Positions 9,482 through 18,076 of a stretch of DNA of 64,000 bases are shown piece by piece. Positions within the stretch are counted from its first letter, which is position 1. Every line of letters starts with the position of its first letter. Source of the DNA: an uncultured Pseudomonadales bacterium. Its GTDB lineage: Bacteria > Patescibacteriota > Microgenomatia > UBA1400 > PJMF01. The notes below the pieces were generated by a model. The model was not told the origin of the DNA and did no database searches. It worked only from the letters and a program-made list of their open reading frames with translations. Position numbers and translations under genes: made by a program. The stretch spans positions 56,610 through 120,609 of the forward strand of contig CAZKVV010000003.1 of assembly GCA_964556485.1 (NCBI GenBank), given 5' to 3'.

Positions 9482-9927
9482 TGACTATGCATACAAAACA
9501 TCTCAAAAAAACGCTCTCATTTTTACTCGCACTCAGTAGTCTTGCATTGAGTCCCGTGCGAGTTTTGGCAGCCATTAACAACCCAGCCTTATCTGAAGAT
9601 CTCGGCGGAAGCGCCACTGACTCAGAAGCTGCAACATCTGGAGCCATATTTGTCAGTTACCTCGTTTCTCTCTGGGAAGCAGCCATTAATATTGGCGGCT
9701 TACTCGTTCTCATGTACTTCATTTGGGGTTCTATGGAGTGGGTTACTTCTGGCGGTGACGCTGGAAAACTAGAAAAGGCTCGTGGTCGAATGATGCACGC
9801 AGTTATTGGTTTACTGATTTTAGTTTCAAGTTTTGTGATCCTTGGTTATGTCAGCACAGCACTCTTCGGCGAAGACTTCTCAATTCTCAATCTATCGTTC
9901 CCGACACCAGGTAATGACGGACCATAA
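9481..9927 (+). CDS. TrbC/VirB2-like pilin #5
   Basis: Signal peptide; WGSMEWVTSGGDAGKLEKARGRMMHAVIG. Confidence 0.78.
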   Translation: MTMHTKHLKKTLSFLLALSSLALSPVRVLAAINNPALSEDLGGSATDSEAATSGAIFVSYLVSLWEAAINIGGLLVLMYFIWGSMEWVTSGGDAGKLEKARGRMMHAVIGLLILVSSFVILGYVSTALFGEDFSILNLSFPTPGNDGP

Positions 9928-9935
9928 AGGCATTT

Positions 9936-10274
9936 ATGAAAATTGCTCAAGTTGAACTTAATATCGCAGACGAAGCAATTAGCAGAGGCGCGCCTGGCAC
10001 CGCAAATCTCGATCCTACCGATGGTACTGTTGGCTTTGGAAGTTTAGTAAGCAGTATCTTATCGTTTGTTATTCTCATCGCAGCTATTCTAGTTCTCTTC
10101 TACTTAATTTGGGGTGGAGTCGAATGGATTACCTCTGGAGGAGATAAGGGTAAGCTCGAAAAAGCAAGACAACGCATCACCAGCGCAATTCTCGGCATTG
10201 TGGTACTGTCAGGCGTACTTGCAATCTTTAGCGTGGTGCAACAATTCTTGGGCATTGAAGTGTTCAGCTTCTAA
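9936..10274 (+). CDS. TrbC/VirB2-like pilin #6
   Basis: WGGVEWITSGGDKGKLEKARQRITSAILG. Confidence 0.8.
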   Translation: MKIAQVELNIADEAISRGAPGTANLDPTDGTVGFGSLVSSILSFVILIAAILVLFYLIWGGVEWITSGGDKGKLEKARQRITSAILGIVVLSGVLAIFSVVQQFLGIEVFSF

Positions 10275-10391
10275 CCAAAATTATTGAAATCGTAAAAATG
10301 CCGATGTGTAGTAGAATATATACAAGATAGACACTTGACTCAAGGTCAAAGAAAACTAATAATAGTAAAAGTGAAAAAAAATAAGGAGACT

Positions 10392-10793
10392 ATGACAAAA
10401 TCACTTAAAAAATATGTAGCCTCTGGCTTAACTACAGGAGCAGCACTGCTCACTGCAGTTTCTCCAGTGTTTGCTCAAATTAATGCCGCAGAAATCGACC
10501 CTGGTAACGGTTTCGCAACAGACATCGGTACGCTCATTAATGCAGTACTATCATTCGTGATGGTTATCGCAGCTTTGCTCGTATTTATGTACCTCATTTG
10601 GGGTGGTATTGAATGGATTACTGCTGGTGGTGACAAAGGTAAAACTGAGTCTGCTCGTAACAAAATTACTGGCGCTATTCTCGGTCTTATCGTTCTCGCT
10701 GCTTCATATGCAATTCTTCTCATTGCTCTTAACTTCATCGGTTTCGCAAACCTTGGTGAAGCATTCAGCAACGTGAAGAGTATCAACGACTAA
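10392..10793 (+). CDS. TrbC/VirB2-like pilin #7 (probable major pilin)
   Basis: SD AAGGAG before ATG 10392; signal peptide (PVFAQ); WGGIEWITAGGDKGKTESARNKITGAILG; has its own terminator. Confidence 0.8.
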   Translation: MTKSLKKYVASGLTTGAALLTAVSPVFAQINAAEIDPGNGFATDIGTLINAVLSFVMVIAALLVFMYLIWGGIEWITAGGDKGKTESARNKITGAILGLIVLAASYAILLIALNFIGFANLGEAFSNVKSIND

Positions 10794-10823
10794 ATTGATA
10801 CAGTTATCTACAACGTAACTAAG

Positions 10824-10851
10824 AAACACCCCGTTAACAGCGGGGTGTTTT
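10824..10851 (+). terminator. Rho-independent terminator after pilin #7
   Basis: AAACACCCCG-ttaacag-CGGGGTGTTTT hairpin with a U-tract. Confidence 0.8.
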
Positions 10852-10877
10852 GATGTATTTTGATATATAATACCCAT

Positions 10878-11444
10878 ATGAGAACATTTCTGCATTCAAC
10901 CCTATTAGCAACACTTTTAGTATTTGCAGTAGTTTTATTAGCAGGCAGCATGTCAACCACTCAGATTTTCGCAGATACAGGTACAAATAACACTGCTCTT
11001 ATAAAAAATGGTGATGTTCTCTATCTTGGCAAGACGCTCACTGCTAAAAACTCTGCAACTCGCTCAGCAAGCACTACAAAATCTGCAACCAGTTCAGCGG
11101 GATTATCAATGACTCGATATACTATCTTCCCCAATGTTCAAATTGAAATTCCTCAAGGATTTGCCAAGGATATTGGCTCTATCATCAATGCGCTACTCAG
11201 CTTAGTGATGTTGTTTGGAGCTTTGTTGGTATTTCTGCAACTTATTTTAGGAGGACTGTTCTGGATAACTGCGGGCGGAGATAAAGGAAAAACTGAGGCA
11301 GCTCGCCAACGCATACTTTCTGCGCTACTTGGTCTAATCGTGCTTTCAGCCAGTTTTGCAGTTTTTTCACTTGCACTTAACTTCATAGGATTTGCTTCAA
11401 TCGAAGAAGTGTTTCAAAACACACGCACTATAACTGGTGAATAG
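10878..11444 (+). CDS. TrbC/VirB2-like pilin #8 with a Ser/Thr-rich N-terminal extension
   Basis: GFAKDIG..INALLS...WITAGGDKGKTEAARQRI; close paralog of pilin #7. TATAAT lies 6 nt before ATG 10878. Confidence 0.78.
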   Translation: MRTFLHSTLLATLLVFAVVLLAGSMSTTQIFADTGTNNTALIKNGDVLYLGKTLTAKNSATRSASTTKSATSSAGLSMTRYTIFPNVQIEIPQGFAKDIGSIINALLSLVMLFGALLVFLQLILGGLFWITAGGDKGKTEAARQRILSALLGLIVLSASFAVFSLALNFIGFASIEEVFQNTRTITGE

Positions 11445-11500
11445 CTTCGTTTATAAACACCGAGATGACCGTATTTAAAAACCTTGCTATACTAACTAGT

Positions 11501-11947
11501 ATGACAATCACCAGCCGATGGAAAAATAGTACAGCTAGCATTAAAAAAATCGCCACTTTGCTTTTTGTAGTGGCAGTTTCAACGATAGTGAGCGCTCAGC
11601 CTGTTCACGCTCAGACGAGAGAATGGGGCGGTGTTTGTTTAGGCCCAACCGAAGGATCAGCAGATGTGGCAACTATCCAAGGTCTTGAATGCTTAATCGC
11701 TAATGTGTTCATTGTTATTATCACTCTCGTTGGCCTTGCTGGCTTTGTGATGTTTTGTGCTGGCGGAATTATCTGGATGTTTTCAGGAAATGATAGCAAA
11801 AACACTGCTACAGCCAGACAAACTATGACCTATGCGGTTATTGGAATAGTGGTAACCCTCAGCGCATTTATTGTTCTTAACCTAATCTCTGCCTTCACCG
11901 GCATTAGCATCATTACTCAATTCAGAATTCCTACTTCAGAGATGTAG
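11501..11947 (+). CDS. TrbC/VirB2-like pilin #9
   Basis: Signal peptide (PVHAQ); DVATIQGLECLI..; GGIIWMFSGND...ARQTMTYAVIG. TGnTATACT lies 7 nt before ATG 11501. Confidence 0.76.
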   Translation: MTITSRWKNSTASIKKIATLLFVVAVSTIVSAQPVHAQTREWGGVCLGPTEGSADVATIQGLECLIANVFIVIITLVGLAGFVMFCAGGIIWMFSGNDSKNTATARQTMTYAVIGIVVTLSAFIVLNLISAFTGISIITQFRIPTSEM

Positions 11948-11977
11948 CATCTCTTCCTGTAAGGTATAATAAATTTT

Positions 11978-14900
11978 GTGCACACACCTAAGATCCAATC
12001 TGTTGTAACTGTGGTAGCAGCATGTTTTTTTGCTTTTGCTGCGGGCGTGCAAGCTCAGTGTGCGGCTGGACAAATCGATCTCTTGGAATACATGGGACCA
12101 GAAAATGGCCAAAGCTACGATTTGCGATACTGTGGCCCGGCAGGTAGTGGATCCGAACCAATCCAAGTAAATCGAGATACAATTCTTACTGTTGAAGGCC
12201 CAAAGCCCGGCTTCTACCTCAATAAAGGCGGAAATTATGAAGCTTACTTTTATGACAATCAAAACATCTATTTATATGAAGATACTTCTTGGGATGAAAC
12301 ATGTCCAAATGGAGAAGAAGCGTTCTACCGTGTTTTTCGGCCTGGTGGAGCAGCGGGTGGACCTATTCAACGATGTGTGAATATTGGAACAGCCATGTCT
12401 TCTCAACAGTATGTCGTTGGCTACAGTGAAGCTGGATACAACCGAGGAGATGCTGGCACTGTATGTAATAACGGTTACCAACCCACAACCGTTTCCCAAA
12501 TCGTTCAATCGGGTGCAAATAATCCTTACTCACCCACCATTCCAGGTAGTCTTCCAGAGGATACCATCGTGCTCACAAATGCGAGTGGCGCTGGTGCGGG
12601 CGAATCAAAATATTATACCAAAGGGTATGGCCTCACTGCGTTTAGAGCAGTTGATGCCAGTGGTAATGTTTTTTTCTGGAGTTCTTTCTATAAGGATGGC
12701 GTGAGTACTAGCGAGCCCAATTTACAATGCAGCGACAGTGACGTAGAAACTATGACTGGGTATGACACATCAGGCTTTCCAGAATACACCGCAACGGAGG
12801 ATACATACTATCTGCATCCAATTTCTGGTATGTTATCCCCAGGTAGAAGTGTGGAAAAAATCAGAAAAGACCTGGCGCTTTCTGGATATGAAGCATATTG
12901 CGCAGCTGATAATGTCAAAATAAAACCTGAAATTAACACAGCAGAACTCGTTAGGCGCTACTTAGAACTGAATCCCGGTGGCATCAATTTATTGGGTGAA
13001 TCAGTAGAAACTCTTGATGTTTCCACAGCTCAATTCCCCATCTGGAGAGAGTTGGATGCTAAAAAATTTTTGACAACCTCAATAGAGGAGTACTTCAGTT
13101 TTAAAGATGTATATACCCAAATTCCTTCTACAGCAGAACTCAATTCTGCACCCATCAACTCACTATTGAGCGTTGAACAACGTTGCGTCCAAAGTGCAAA
13201 AGTACTTCTTGCTACAGAACTTATGTGCGAAAAACTACTCAATCCTGGTGAATGCGCACCACTCGCCCAACCTGTTCCAGGCACCAACTACAGCGTTGAT
13301 AGCTTGAGGGCAGACCTACACGACTTCATTCCAAAATATAGAGATGGTGGTATTGGGGAAGGATGCAGAGAACTTTACGAAGACCAAGACACCGCGCTTG
13401 AGTTTAAAAAAGGTTTGCAAAACATGCCCCTTGAAATTAATACAGCATATCGCTTTGCATTTTTAGTTGCTGCAATAGAAATGAAACCCCCTGGCAATAG
13501 TAGTGTTGCCACCAGCATCTTTAATTTTTTTACCGGCAGAACTGAAGATCAGCAACCAAAACATGAGGTGCTCGTAACTGCTTTTAAAGTACCAGACATT
13601 GCCACCAACAAGGGTGGAGGTGATGATTCCGGAAGTCAGTATTGGAATGACCCTTCATATCTTACCCGTAATGTACTTATTCCCAGAAAAAGAGTGGCGG
13701 AAATTGAAGATGTGGAACGTCCTGCCCGAAGGCAACAAATTTTAGATGCAGCAGTAAGTGCGGCAGTGCAAAACGATGGAAGTAAAATTTATTGCTATGA
13801 CGGCACATTTCCAGGTGGGATTGGTGTTGAAGCTTGTGAAAATGAAGTTGGCAAAGCAGTGGTAGATCTTATTAATGGTAGTGCTCAGGGATGTAGCGAA
13901 AGAATTGAGCCAGTGATGCAACTGTTTAGTGCAGCTGGTTTTGGAGATGTACTCGATCCATATGGACGTTTTTACATTAATGAATGGGGTCAACAAATCT
14001 TGCTAAACATGTTTGGCGCCGGCTCCTACCCAGACAGAACACATGTTGTAGACAATAATTACATGGATCCGCAAAAGGCAAAAATTGATACTCCGTGGTA
14101 CGAAAAAATTAAATCACGCTGGACCATTAATTCTAATACTTGGCCCGCAGCTACTAATGAAACCAAGGTTTCATTTTACCTCGTCTACCCTTTTGGCTAC
14201 GAGATTGACCAAATTGAAAACGTACTCAAAAATACCTTTTTCACCAAAGATCAATTAGCAACACTCGAAACTGATCCAGCAATTAAGGATCGCTTCCCAC
14301 TGAAGGGAGATCGCAGTGGACTCTCTGGAGGTGGGGTATCTTGGGATTTTGTCGATCCAGAAGAAACTTGTGATAATGGCACTGCAACCCCGGGACCCTG
14401 TACAAAAAGCGTTGATATTACACTGTCGCAAGAAAGTGCTGAGTATGGTGTGTATGGAGCTCGACTTGGATATTGGCTGCGTCAGATTCAAAAATCACTC
14501 AACAGCAGTGTGAGTAGTACACAAAATTATCTATCAAATTGTCAAAGCTTGGAGCAATTTTTCACTGGGCGCTGTGGCAAAGGTTCATCTGGCTCAGGAA
14601 CCGGGACTGGTCCGGGCACAGGCACCGGCACGGGAAACAATCTTGTCGCAGTAGCACAATGTCTCCCCAACAGCCCTCGCATCACGTCTGGAGAAACTGC
14701 TACTCATATTTATACGGATGCCACCAACACCTGCACCACCTTCGTTTCGAACATACATAACATACCAGAGTGGAAAAATCCCAATGATCCAGCTAAAGAC
14801 TGTGCCAATTTATACTCGTATGTTGCCTGCACCTACCCCAATACCTTAATACAGAATGGCGTGAGTAGCAGTGGCCAATTTAACACAACTAGTAGCACCA

Positions 14901-15205
14901 CTGCTTGCGAATACGTCGTTGCGCAAGCACGAGCTGCAGGAATAAGTCCTCGGTTTGCACTTGCCATGTGGGGTGAAGAGTCGGGATTTAGTAGCTATCG
15001 AGTTCCAGATTTTGGCGTCATTTCTCAACCAGCACAAGACATGGGCGCTCAAGTTGGGAGCTTTGTCAGAACGGCAAATAGTTATTCAACACTCATCAAT
15101 TTCTTAGAAGCATATTCTGGTGAAGTTCGAGGTAGTAATGTCTTTTGCAACAATCCCGCATTTGTAGGTCGTCTCAAAACCTTCTACGACTTCCTCGGGC
15201 CATGA
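11978..15205 (+). CDS. Large secreted Cys-containing protein with a probable C-terminal lysozyme/lytic-transglycosylase-like domain
   Basis: N-terminal signal peptide; Gly/Thr linker (GSGTGTGPGTGTG); C-terminal ARAAGISPRFALAMWGEESGF resembles the SLT catalytic-Glu motif. Confidence 0.6.
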   Translation: MHTPKIQSVVTVVAACFFAFAAGVQAQCAAGQIDLLEYMGPENGQSYDLRYCGPAGSGSEPIQVNRDTILTVEGPKPGFYLNKGGNYEAYFYDNQNIYLYEDTSWDETCPNGEEAFYRVFRPGGAAGGPIQRCVNIGTAMSSQQYVVGYSEAGYNRGDAGTVCNNGYQPTTVSQIVQSGANNPYSPTIPGSLPEDTIVLTNASGAGAGESKYYTKGYGLTAFRAVDASGNVFFWSSFYKDGVSTSEPNLQCSDSDVETMTGYDTSGFPEYTATEDTYYLHPISGMLSPGRSVEKIRKDLALSGYEAYCAADNVKIKPEINTAELVRRYLELNPGGINLLGESVETLDVSTAQFPIWRELDAKKFLTTSIEEYFSFKDVYTQIPSTAELNSAPINSLLSVEQRCVQSAKVLLATELMCEKLLNPGECAPLAQPVPGTNYSVDSLRADLHDFIPKYRDGGIGEGCRELYEDQDTALEFKKGLQNMPLEINTAYRFAFLVAAIEMKPPGNSSVATSIFNFFTGRTEDQQPKHEVLVTAFKVPDIATNKGGGDDSGSQYWNDPSYLTRNVLIPRKRVAEIEDVERPARRQQILDAAVSAAVQNDGSKIYCYDGTFPGGIGVEACENEVGKAVVDLINGSAQGCSERIEPVMQLFSAAGFGDVLDPYGRFYINEWGQQILLNMFGAGSYPDRTHVVDNNYMDPQKAKIDTPWYEKIKSRWTINSNTWPAATNETKVSFYLVYPFGYEIDQIENVLKNTFFTKDQLATLETDPAIKDRFPLKGDRSGLSGGGVSWDFVDPEETCDNGTATPGPCTKSVDITLSQESAEYGVYGARLGYWLRQIQKSLNSSVSSTQNYLSNCQSLEQFFTGRCGKGSSGSGTGTGPGTGTGTGNNLVAVAQCLPNSPRITSGETATHIYTDATNTCTTFVSNIHNIPEWKNPNDPAKDCANLYSYVACTYPNTLIQNGVSSSGQFNTTSSTTACEYVVAQARAAGISPRFALAMWGEESGFSSYRVPDFGVISQPAQDMGAQVGSFVRTANSYSTLINFLEAYSGEVRGSNVFCNNPAFVGRLKTFYDFLGP

Positions 15206-15218
15206 TAAAACGTCTGTT

Positions 15219-16205
15219 TTAACTATTTCTCGATTGGTTTTTTGAAGGAGTGTACTTTAAACTTCCCACTCGCTGTTGTTGGTGCGGTTGCCCTAACTCA
15301 GAATGCTGCTGGGACTGCCGAACCTGAGGACGCTTAGTTGTAACCTGCAATCTTTGCAACGGTTTTTTCTTTTGTTTTGCAAGTGGCTCTCCCTCATCAG
15401 TCGACTCTGTCTCGGCATCAAACTCAGGTTCGACCTCTATAATACCGGGTTGTTCTACAGTTGGCACTGGTTGGATTACTTGCGGTTGTGATGCTCTGGT
15501 TCTACGAGCACCTAAGCGTAAGAGTCTTGCAACTACTTCAAAAGTTGTAGCAGTAGCCCTGAGCGACTGGAGATTTTCTGTTTCCTGCTCAATTCCTGCC
15601 AAAAGCTCCGTAGCAGTATTAGGAGTAATATCCATATTTAAAGACTGGAGTAAATCTGCGGCGAACTCACTTAAAGAAGATGTTCCTACTGAACTAAGGG
15701 ATAAATGACCAATGCTTGTTGGCGAAGTTGTCAACGTTACTGTTGCTGTGTTTTTAAAGACATCTTCATATCCATAATACAACTGCTCAAGCATATCGAG
15801 CGATGTGATGCCAACCAAAATAATTAAATCGGTTTCAAAACCAGTGTATGAATATTCAACAGTACGAGCATCTAGAGGCTGCGCACCTTTTTTTGGTTTG
15901 ATTGTGAGAAAAAATTTTGTTGAATCTTCGGAAATATGATAACTGACTTTATCTACGGCCTGTTCGTTATATTCAAAACTCACACATAAATTTTGGTTTC
16001 CGAGCTCAGTAACAACCTGATCTAATCCTGGTATTTTTCTTGATGAAGCCATGATAACTTCTTTACCGGAAATTCTGAGCGCATCTGTAAGTGCTCCAAC
16101 GCATGCCAACTCATCCTGAGATGCACCTGCTTTGAAGAAAACCACCACACTTTGTGAAGACTGAATGTAGCCAGAAAGCGTGTTCAACTGTGTCTGTTCG
16201 ATCAT
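15219..16205 (-). CDS. Degenerate DHH-phosphoesterase-like protein with a disordered C-terminus
   Basis: DHH/NrnA-like layout (DLIILVG..L..L..LY, SSLSE, ATELLAGI..ET..L....AT..TFEVVA.L...GA), but the DxD and DHH residues are absent. Confidence 0.6.
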   Translation of the reverse strand: MIEQTQLNTLSGYIQSSQSVVVFFKAGASQDELACVGALTDALRISGKEVIMASSRKIPGLDQVVTELGNQNLCVSFEYNEQAVDKVSYHISEDSTKFFLTIKPKKGAQPLDARTVEYSYTGFETDLIILVGITSLDMLEQLYYGYEDVFKNTATVTLTTSPTSIGHLSLSSVGTSSLSEFAADLLQSLNMDITPNTATELLAGIEQETENLQSLRATATTFEVVARLLRLGARRTRASQPQVIQPVPTVEQPGIIEVEPEFDAETESTDEGEPLAKQKKKPLQRLQVTTKRPQVRQSQQHSELGQPHQQQRVGSLKYTPSKNQSRNS

Positions 16206-16300
16206 AACTAGATCATAGTATATATCAAATAAGCAATTTTTTCTGGCTCAAATCTAAATCCCCTTACTTCCCCTCCTCGTTTTTTGGTATAATTGCCTAT

Positions 16301-17956
16301 ATGGCCAAAAAAGCCGGATTATTACTAGTACTATTTTTTTCATTTCTTTTTGTAAGAGTGGGCGAAGTTAGCGCTCAGGGCGAAGGCTTTGGTGCGCGGT
16401 ATGAGACAAGTCTACGTGACAGCTACAATCAAGCTATTCAAGATTGTGGAGCTCCCTCATTAGAGTGTTTAGTTCATCATGTGTTTAAATACATTCAAAT
16501 TGAGATTGCCAACACACCTTCGCAATCTCCTCCAATACCGATTAGTGGCGCACCACTCACGGAGGAACAAAGACTAGCTCGAGTTGGAGGTGGTGGCGCA
16601 TCATATGGTTTTATGTACTTGATTGGTCAAATGTATCAGAATCCTGCCGCAAGTACTCACACCTATGTTGCAGATCTTTTGGAAAGCGCCAATATTGCCA
16701 CACCCGCTTATGCGCAAGGTTTAGGTTTTGCCTCTCTTGATCCAATTTTAGAGCTATGGAAAGTGTTTAGAAATATAGCATACATGTTCTTTGTGGTGAT
16801 ATTTATTGTTATTGGATTCATGATTATGTTTAGACAAAAAGTTGGTGGTCAGGCTGCAGTCACTGCTCAACAAGCCATTCCCAGCATTATTGTCAGTCTG
16901 ATTTTTGTAACCTTCTCATATGCAATAGCCGGCTTTATGATCGACATGATGTATATTACCATGTACTTAATGGTTGGTATTTTCGATGCTAGCGGCTCTA
17001 ACATTGGCCAAATTATTGACTACGACATTCTCTCACTCATGGGACAACTCTACAAACCAACTGCGGGAAATTTTGCTGGAAATATTGATATTGTCACCAA
17101 TTTACTTGCTGGTATGGTTGAGACTGAAGCAATTGCTGGAGCTCTTGGCGTAGTTGGCGGTCTTACACTTTCACTCGTACTTGCTGTTGCGGTATTGATA
17201 GGTACTTTTAAACTCTTCTTTGAACTACTTCGCTCTTACTCTTCTGTCATTATTGAAGTTGTTGTTGCACCACTCAAATTAATGTTGGGCGCAATTCCTG
17301 GTAATAATGCCTTTAAGCCCTGGATAAAAAATATTTTTGGCAATCTTATAGCTTTCCCTACTGTTTTATTTATAGTTATCCTGTTTTACCAATTCACCGA
17401 TTTGGGAGATAGAACAGATGGTGGGTTTATGCCGCCCTTTCTACTTGGCCGTGGACAATCAGGCGCCATCGCCACACTCATGGGCTTAGCATTAATCCTC
17501 GCTCTCCCAGAAATTGTCAAAGATGTAAAGAAGAAAGCGGGTGCAAGCGAAGGATTTGGAACAATGATTCAACAAGCAGCAAGCGCCAGACTGAGCAAGG
17601 GTGCAAAAGTAGCTGGCGACTATTCTCTACCATACACTGGAGCAGCTATGTCGGGAGCAAAGGGTCTGGGGCAAGCTTATAGTGCTCACAAACAAGATAG
17701 TGATGCAACACTCGGATCATTCCTCAGAGATGGCATGTGGAATGGAGTTGGTCCAAAAGGAAATAAATTTGGAGGAATTGGCCCTGGTCTCTCAACAGGT
17801 TTCAAAAAAGGAAGAAATGCTCGAGTTTTCTTGGATAGATTAAGAAGCGGACAAGCTTTCGACCCACACAATACTGAAGACTTGCTAAGAAGAATCGCCG
17901 AGGGTAAAGATAAGGACGGCAAAACAATCAAAGAAGAAGTTAGGGGTTCTAAATAA
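16301..17956 (+). CDS. Polytopic membrane protein, VirB6/TrbL-like
   Basis: Signal peptide; WKVFRNIAY...IGFMIMFR...AIP.IIVSLIFVTFSYAIAG..ID; multiple TM segments; Gly-rich basic C-terminal tail. Confidence 0.62.
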   Translation: MAKKAGLLLVLFFSFLFVRVGEVSAQGEGFGARYETSLRDSYNQAIQDCGAPSLECLVHHVFKYIQIEIANTPSQSPPIPISGAPLTEEQRLARVGGGGASYGFMYLIGQMYQNPAASTHTYVADLLESANIATPAYAQGLGFASLDPILELWKVFRNIAYMFFVVIFIVIGFMIMFRQKVGGQAAVTAQQAIPSIIVSLIFVTFSYAIAGFMIDMMYITMYLMVGIFDASGSNIGQIIDYDILSLMGQLYKPTAGNFAGNIDIVTNLLAGMVETEAIAGALGVVGGLTLSLVLAVAVLIGTFKLFFELLRSYSSVIIEVVVAPLKLMLGAIPGNNAFKPWIKNIFGNLIAFPTVLFIVILFYQFTDLGDRTDGGFMPPFLLGRGQSGAIATLMGLALILALPEIVKDVKKKAGASEGFGTMIQQAASARLSKGAKVAGDYSLPYTGAAMSGAKGLGQAYSAHKQDSDATLGSFLRDGMWNGVGPKGNKFGGIGPGLSTGFKKGRNARVFLDRLRSGQAFDPHNTEDLLRRIAEGKDKDGKTIKEEVRGSK

Positions 17957-18076
17957 ACCCCTTGGTTGTTTTCAATCCTCATTCTTATTGAAAACCCACT
18001 CGCGTTATCTCATAAGCGAAGTTCGCTCTTCAATACATTTTAAATGCAAATATCAAACTCGCTTACCACTATTAAG

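Noticed and set aside
7730-11947. Type IV (PilA-like) pilins
   Set aside because: No class III signal peptide (G|FTLxE). The two-TM hairpin pattern fits VirB2/TrbC-type proteins instead.
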